Below, piece after piece: positions 58,055 through 64,000 of a stretch of DNA of 64,000 nt. The DNA lies in NCBI GenBank assembly GCA_964035545.1, contig OZ037768.1, forward strand, positions 12,533,675 to 12,597,674, given 5' to 3'. The notes under the pieces were generated by a model. That model worked only from the letters and a program-made list of their open reading frames with translations. It did no database searches and had not been told where the DNA came from. The translations under genes were made by a program, and so were the position numbers. Numbering within the stretch: position 1 is the stretch's first letter; each line of letters opens with the position of its first letter. This DNA is from Bugula neritina (taxonomy: Eukaryota > Animalia > Bryozoa).

Positions 58055-58056
58055 TT

Positions 58057-58106
<50 letters not shown>

Positions 58107-60625
58107 AAAATGAGCATAAGAAGTTGTAATAAACAGTGCAGAATGTCACTGGGGTAGGTTGTTGCAATGCTTAGTCTCCAGGCATGTTGTGCTATGCCCC
58201 CCCTTGTTCCTATGCTTACTTGGAGCCACACTTATGTGTCAGTGTCAAGCAACTGCATGTATTATGGTCAAACTGTATTATGGCATTCATTTGTGCCCCA
58301 TGTAATACTTTCCTTCGTGGGCGCAGGAAGGTGTTGGTTATATGCAAGAGCTCGACTCTGATTGGTCGACCTATATTCTATATTTGTTATTGTCCATATT
58401 AATTGGCGGGTCCTCACAGTAGAGACGCCATGGCTATGAGTGGGGAAGGCATGACTTGGAGTTGCTGTTCCTGTGCATAAACTATCGCGTCATGTTTAGC
58501 AGGGGACACAGGATGTTATACTTTCGCTGGCCATAACGGTATTCACCAACATAATATTATAATAGAGGGGTAACGGGAGGGGGGGGGAGGGGGGGGTAGC
58601 ACAAAGGGTTGAATTTTAAATTTTTTGCTGTCATTTGTCTGTTTTTCTACTTACTAGTTCAATAATCTCTAGTCTTAATGCTGCATCTGTTGTCTATTAC
58701 AAATAAATAAAAATATTCTATCAGATCCACAGCAAAATTCATGTTGTAGCTGTACCTACAGTTTGTGCCACCATTGAGCGCAGAGGAAGGCTAAATCAAA
58801 CGCACATCACTCGGATTTAAAATACCATTATCATTACTGTTTATAAACTGAAAATGCTTTTTTATTTTCACTTCAGAGAAAATTTTATCAGAACAAAACT
58901 TTAGTAACATTTGTTACAGTTTCGCCAATTATAATATTTGTGGCGGATCCTGTGTGCAACTGTGTTCTATTTAGATGAAGGTCTCAAGAACTTCACAGAA
59001 GATAAAAAGTGATAAAAGACTGTATTTAATTATATACATACAAGTAACATAAAAAATACATTTAACATTCAAAATACTCTCACAAGTCTACTTAACCTAC
59101 TATTTCTATTCGTGTACTACTCTGAACTAACTAGCTATATAAAACTGTCTGGAAGCGTTCTGCTCTGCAGGGAGTAGTCACGTGCCTCAACACGATTGGT
59201 TATGGTGCACGTGTATGATTAGTACGCTTCGCTGGCCACTACACATATACTACAAAATGTCAATGGACTTTTTTCTATGAACTGTAGCTAAGGCGCATGG
59301 CTTCCGTTTGTGGCTGGAGTACGGAAGGGAGAGGGGGAGCAAATGAGCAAACCACAATTTCTTTTAGTGAAATACATGTATATTCCTTCAATAATATAAT
59401 TTATAGTGAATATCATGACTATCTACTAGTAGCAACAGCAGAGTGTTTTGTATTATGCATAAAATGGCAAAGCTCTAACCTTACCAGATGTATATATTAC
59501 AGGAGCTTCACCTTGTAGTTTTGCAGTCTTACCATGATGCCTTTGATATTTTACAAAACGGTTAAAAATGGCTATATTTATAGATTTTAGTAACATTTCA
59601 ACGAACTTTTTGGGCAAACAAACTAATAACAGTGATCAGGGTACAATTGTGCCTCATGTGGCCAAATGGAAAATAAATGTGCTTCAAAGAAAATTTATTT
59701 TAAAGTTTGCTGTTATACTTGTTAAGCGATGTAGAGACAAGACATGGCAACAATATCAGTAAAATCTAGGCTTGTTGCCTTTGAGTGTAAACAGTTATAG
59801 AGCTTTAACTATATCTAAAAAAAATTTGCAAAAAGTAGGTAAAAACTAGTTTTATGAAAAAAATCACAACTCGAAGTCAATGAGTTCTCTCACAATTCGG
59901 ACGGCTTTTGTACCCCTATGACCGTTGTGGCTGGTTGGCAAGTTTTCATACTATTCGTTTTCATCCCTCACTAACTTGTGGTAAAATGTATAATCAGTGT
60001 GGTTGACTATGTTTAACAACATTACATGCACCAGGGATTTATGTGGAATACTTAATCAACAACAAAGTATGTTTTGGTGTACACTTTATATGTGTGTATT
60101 GAATGAGGAAAATAATTTTACCCTCAGATATATTGCACAGACTATTACACACTATTGCTGCTCTATATTATACATATGTGATTATGTGTGATTACGCAAG
60201 AAAATGTATATAATTACACAAAAATGCTTTAAATAGACAGATATAGGTGAATATAGGTAAGATATTAGAGCAAGCAGTATACACTCAACAAGTATTTAGA
60301 AATAAACATTAGTAAAACACTTGAAATTAGTATCAAAACCAAAGATTTTAGTTTCTTTGATGCCAACTTGGTAGCCAAATATGTTTTGAAGTTCCCTTTT
60401 ATGTTGGAGAATAAGAATCAAAATAACAACTTGATGACTAGACAACGTATGGAGGCCCAAAGCATTGAATAAAGCACACTTCATTTTAAATCACAAGAGT
60501 AGCTTGAGAGCTAAGAACTTATTCTTTTCCAATGCAACATAATAAATATTTATATATAGCAGTTAATAATAATAATGTCTTTTATATAGTTTTCTATATA
60601 ATCTTTACATAATGCTTTTAAAACT

Positions 60626-61874
60626 TCAGAAGTCAGAAGTATTTTCCCTTTTCGCTTTTGAGACGAAAGCAAAATATCGGCGCAGCCTCGCTGTAACAAT
60701 TCTCGTCATATTCTTTTCTACTATTCTGTCCAAAGTCTCAACGTCTAAAGAGCACATAACATATATCAGATTAGTTATGTATTAAAGTTTTCTTGCTATG
60801 CTTTGATACAAGTTTACAATCCTAATATTTTTATATAAAGAGGGACAATGCATTAATAATGCTACTATTTAAAGTGTAAGCAGAAGCTAGTTTCCCATTT
60901 CTAATCATATTGCATGTTACTATTAGCTTCAGAAGATATCAGAGATGTTCTTAAAAAAGACTGCTCAATGAATATAGTGGCTATACCCATAGCCAGCTGC
61001 ATTAACTAGAAGAAGGAAGTATTTTAAGGCAATGAACAGTTGAGATTGTTTATACACTTCTGAAGGTATTAAAGTCTGGAGATATGCTAGACAGTTTGTA
61101 TAAATTTGTATAAATATCAGCATGTGACATGCTATAACAACCTGTTTCTAAACCTGGTAACTTTACACTGCTTGTAAAAATAACAGCTTTTCAATACTGA
61201 TGAATCCTAGGGTGTTGACAGCTCAAAATTGGCAAAAGCTAAAGTTGATAACAAAGTTTACTATTTAATACTACATACCACAAAGGCTGTCATTCATTGT
61301 CTGCTTATGTTCCTGCCATGTTACACCATCATCACTTGCAATGACAATGGTTTCCTGTTCATCTTGACTAGCAGCAACATCTATTATGACAGGGCTGAAA
61401 AGGAAAAACACAGGTGCCAGTTTTAGAAAACAGTTATACTTTTTACATGTACTGTGTTTGAATAAAGATGTAATAAGGTTTAATGAAAACATGAAAAGGT
61501 AATAAAAGTAACATAAAGATTTTCAGTTTCTCCCACTAAACTCAATGACAAGTGTGTGAATAAAAAATTACCCAATAAAGGTGGCACAAGCAGGTTCTAG
61601 AGAGAGAATGGGGGAGATGACAGATTCACTGTTATTAAAAGAGGGCATCACTCCTTTCTCAAGGAGACGGCACACAATTCTCATTGGTCCGGTTGCCACA
61701 CCAGGTGGGATGGTAAAATGGACTTTCTCTCGACATCCCTGGAAGACTCCTCCTCTGGCATCCACCAGGAAACTGATACGGAATCTAAAGTGAGATGCAT
61801 ATACCATGTGAACACAGCTGATAATGAAGTAGCTGGTAGTTAATTTATGTGTGCATGTGTGCGTGCGTGCGTGC

Positions 61875-61949
<75 letters not shown>

Positions 61950-63764
61950 TTATTGCAGTAGCAGTTTTCTTATATATATAGAAAAGCTTCTACTGTAATT
62001 ATTAAAACAAACTCAATAGAACTGAGTAATGTTTAGCAACAGTTTTAACTGCAACAATTCTTCCAAGTTAATTATCATTACCTTTTCAATTTGAGGAAAA
62101 AAAACTGATTGTATATAACAAATTTACAAAATGTCTTTCATAAACCGCTTTTGAACTACATACAGCCAAAGAATGAGTAACATGCTCATTGCATTTCTTG
62201 TCAATGTGATATTTAGAAAAAATAGATCAACTTGCTTCACATATAGTTGGGTACATTATATACTGAACGTACTTGGTGACTCCAGAGTTTTTACTTTTCA
62301 TTGAATTGTCAGAGTGTAAATCCTCCTGAGAATGAAGTGTGCTGTGGGCCCTCTTACAAGGTTTTCTCTTTTTCAGAGTAAAAACACTCTTGCATTTGAG
62401 GCCTAAAATGAATAGAATAAACTACTAGTATGGGTGTGTGTTGGTGTTTGTGGGTGTGTGCATGTTCGTATGTGCTTGCGTGTAAGTCGCTGCGTGTTCG
62501 TAAAGAACTGATATATATTTACATACATTGATGGCTAAATTATTGCTTGGAACTCACTAGGCCTCTAACAATAAAGTAAAATTAGCTATGGGTTTTACCA
62601 TTATGCAAAACCATAAATTAGTAATATTCGATTCGAAAAATTCTTAACAATTTAATTCTGCAAATAATTGCCAGTATGAAACAAAGTAATTGGTGAGTTA
62701 ATAATCAGATCCTTACCAGCAGAGGCGATGCTACGTAAAGCCCGCCTGATTTTTGCTGTTCGAGGTTTTGTCTCAACGCTCTGCATAACAGACACCTACA
62801 TGGAAATTATTGCATTGCTATTGTACAATCACATTTAAATATGTTTTCATAGATTGACACTTCAATAGGCGTTTATAATATATAGAATAATGATATAATG
62901 CACTCCAAATACACTAATTCAATATTCATAATGCTGTGACCAATTCATTAAGTGAAGAGTGCCTAACTAAAAAACCAGTTACAATAAAATGTCTTAAATA
63001 AACAGAATAATTGAAAATTTAACATTCTTTTGGCTGTTACACTGATTCACACAAAATTAACGACTTGTATATCTCAATGCTTAGCGAAACATGACCAATT
63101 TCTAGTAAGTTACTCCAAATATTTTAAAGCTCCATCTAATCTCAGTCAGCATCCGTAAATTTCATTGATGTTATATTTACTTGTTAGCTGACTCAATAAA
63201 TCAATAATTGACCAAAAACAGAACTGACATGCATTGGGAAAACGCTTATATCAAAACGAGTAAAATGATACGCGTTCAGCTCGTGACTTAGAAATAGACT
63301 GTGATCCAGATAAACACTAGACAGAGCCAGATTGATTACTAGCTTCCTCACATGTGCAATCAGCTTGTGAGACAAAGTTTAGAAATGGTTTGATCAACTC
63401 ATTGACTAATGGCCCAGAAGATGTTGTAGCAATCTTTTGCTGACACAAATTTAAATGTCAGACTAAGTCAATGTGAACACAAAATTAGCACACAATCAAA
63501 TATGTTTAGTCCAATATAAATTGCAATATTGAATACTACAATGTTATGATGCTAATCTCAAACAGTAGATGATTTTATAACAGATAATGTAAGGGCAATG
63601 TCTACTTCTGCTTCATGTTTTGACAAAGATTTTACAATATTTACCTGACCACTATGTCTCTCAGCTTTAGAAGTTGTAGGGAGACTAGCACCATACTTCA
63701 AGAGAATCTCTGCTGTGAGAGCATGGTTCTTTTGCCTGCACAGGTGCATTGGGGTTAATCCGTC
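60626..63764 (-). CDS. Mini-ankyrin (ANK + ZU5), copy 3, inverted; 5' part lies beyond the window. Exons: 63764-63645, 62795-62717, 62402-62273, 61784-61572, 61394-61279, 60744-60626
   Basis: Reverse complement of the copy 1 exons, with identical lengths, GT-AG sites, an open frame and the same stop. The microexon acceptor is deleted. Confidence 0.83.
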
Positions 63765-64000
63765 CTAAAATATACCATAGCAGTAGCAACTCAATCAAAT
63801 ATTCAATATTCAATACTCAATATTCAAATAATATTTAATAAGAAAAGCTTTCAATTTTATGTTTTCCACTTCATGATAAGGGTCATAGTTCATGATAATA
63901 ATCAGTTGGTATAACAGTTGCAGTTGTAACATTAGTGGCACAGTTTGTGTTGTCACATTATTTTGGTAACTTGGAGTTGATTTTCTTAGATTTGTAGCTT

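Noticed and set aside
59000-59243. Possible solo LTR (minus strand starts TGTAGTGGCC)
   Set aside because: The other end and a TSD could not be identified.

Overview
AT-rich, intron-containing invertebrate (metazoan) genomic DNA, made up of a locally amplified gene family interleaved with transposons. (1) Three copies of a spliced 'mini-ankyrin' gene encode about 6 ANK repeats, a basic linker and one ankyrin-type ZU5 domain followed directly by a stop. Two are on + (3051-8276, 27873-32552) within a ~9.5-11 kb segmental duplication, and a third is inverted (60626 to beyond 64000). More diverged, rearranged fragments lie at ~12.0-13.4 kb and ~52.7-53.1 kb, and a B-box gene remnant rides in the duplicated unit. 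(2) There are two apparently intact LTR retrotransposons, each with LTRs that look identical by eye. One is a Ty1/copia element (37868-42511, minus; AGATT TSD; half-tRNA-iMet PBS; start codon inside the LTR). The other is a Ty3/gypsy element (42945-50517, plus; ATAC TSD; tRNA-Leu PBS) with an extra 362-aa C2H2 zinc-finger/coiled-coil ORF downstream of pol. (3) Degenerate Penelope-like elements and type I hammerhead ribozyme motifs sit next to (TA)n tracts, including an inverted pair of intact-looking hammerheads at 57.3-58.05 kb. (4) Nested hAT elements, a CMC/EnSpm-like element, several MITEs and long microsatellites fill the rest. All calls come from manual reading; no database searches or alignments were run.
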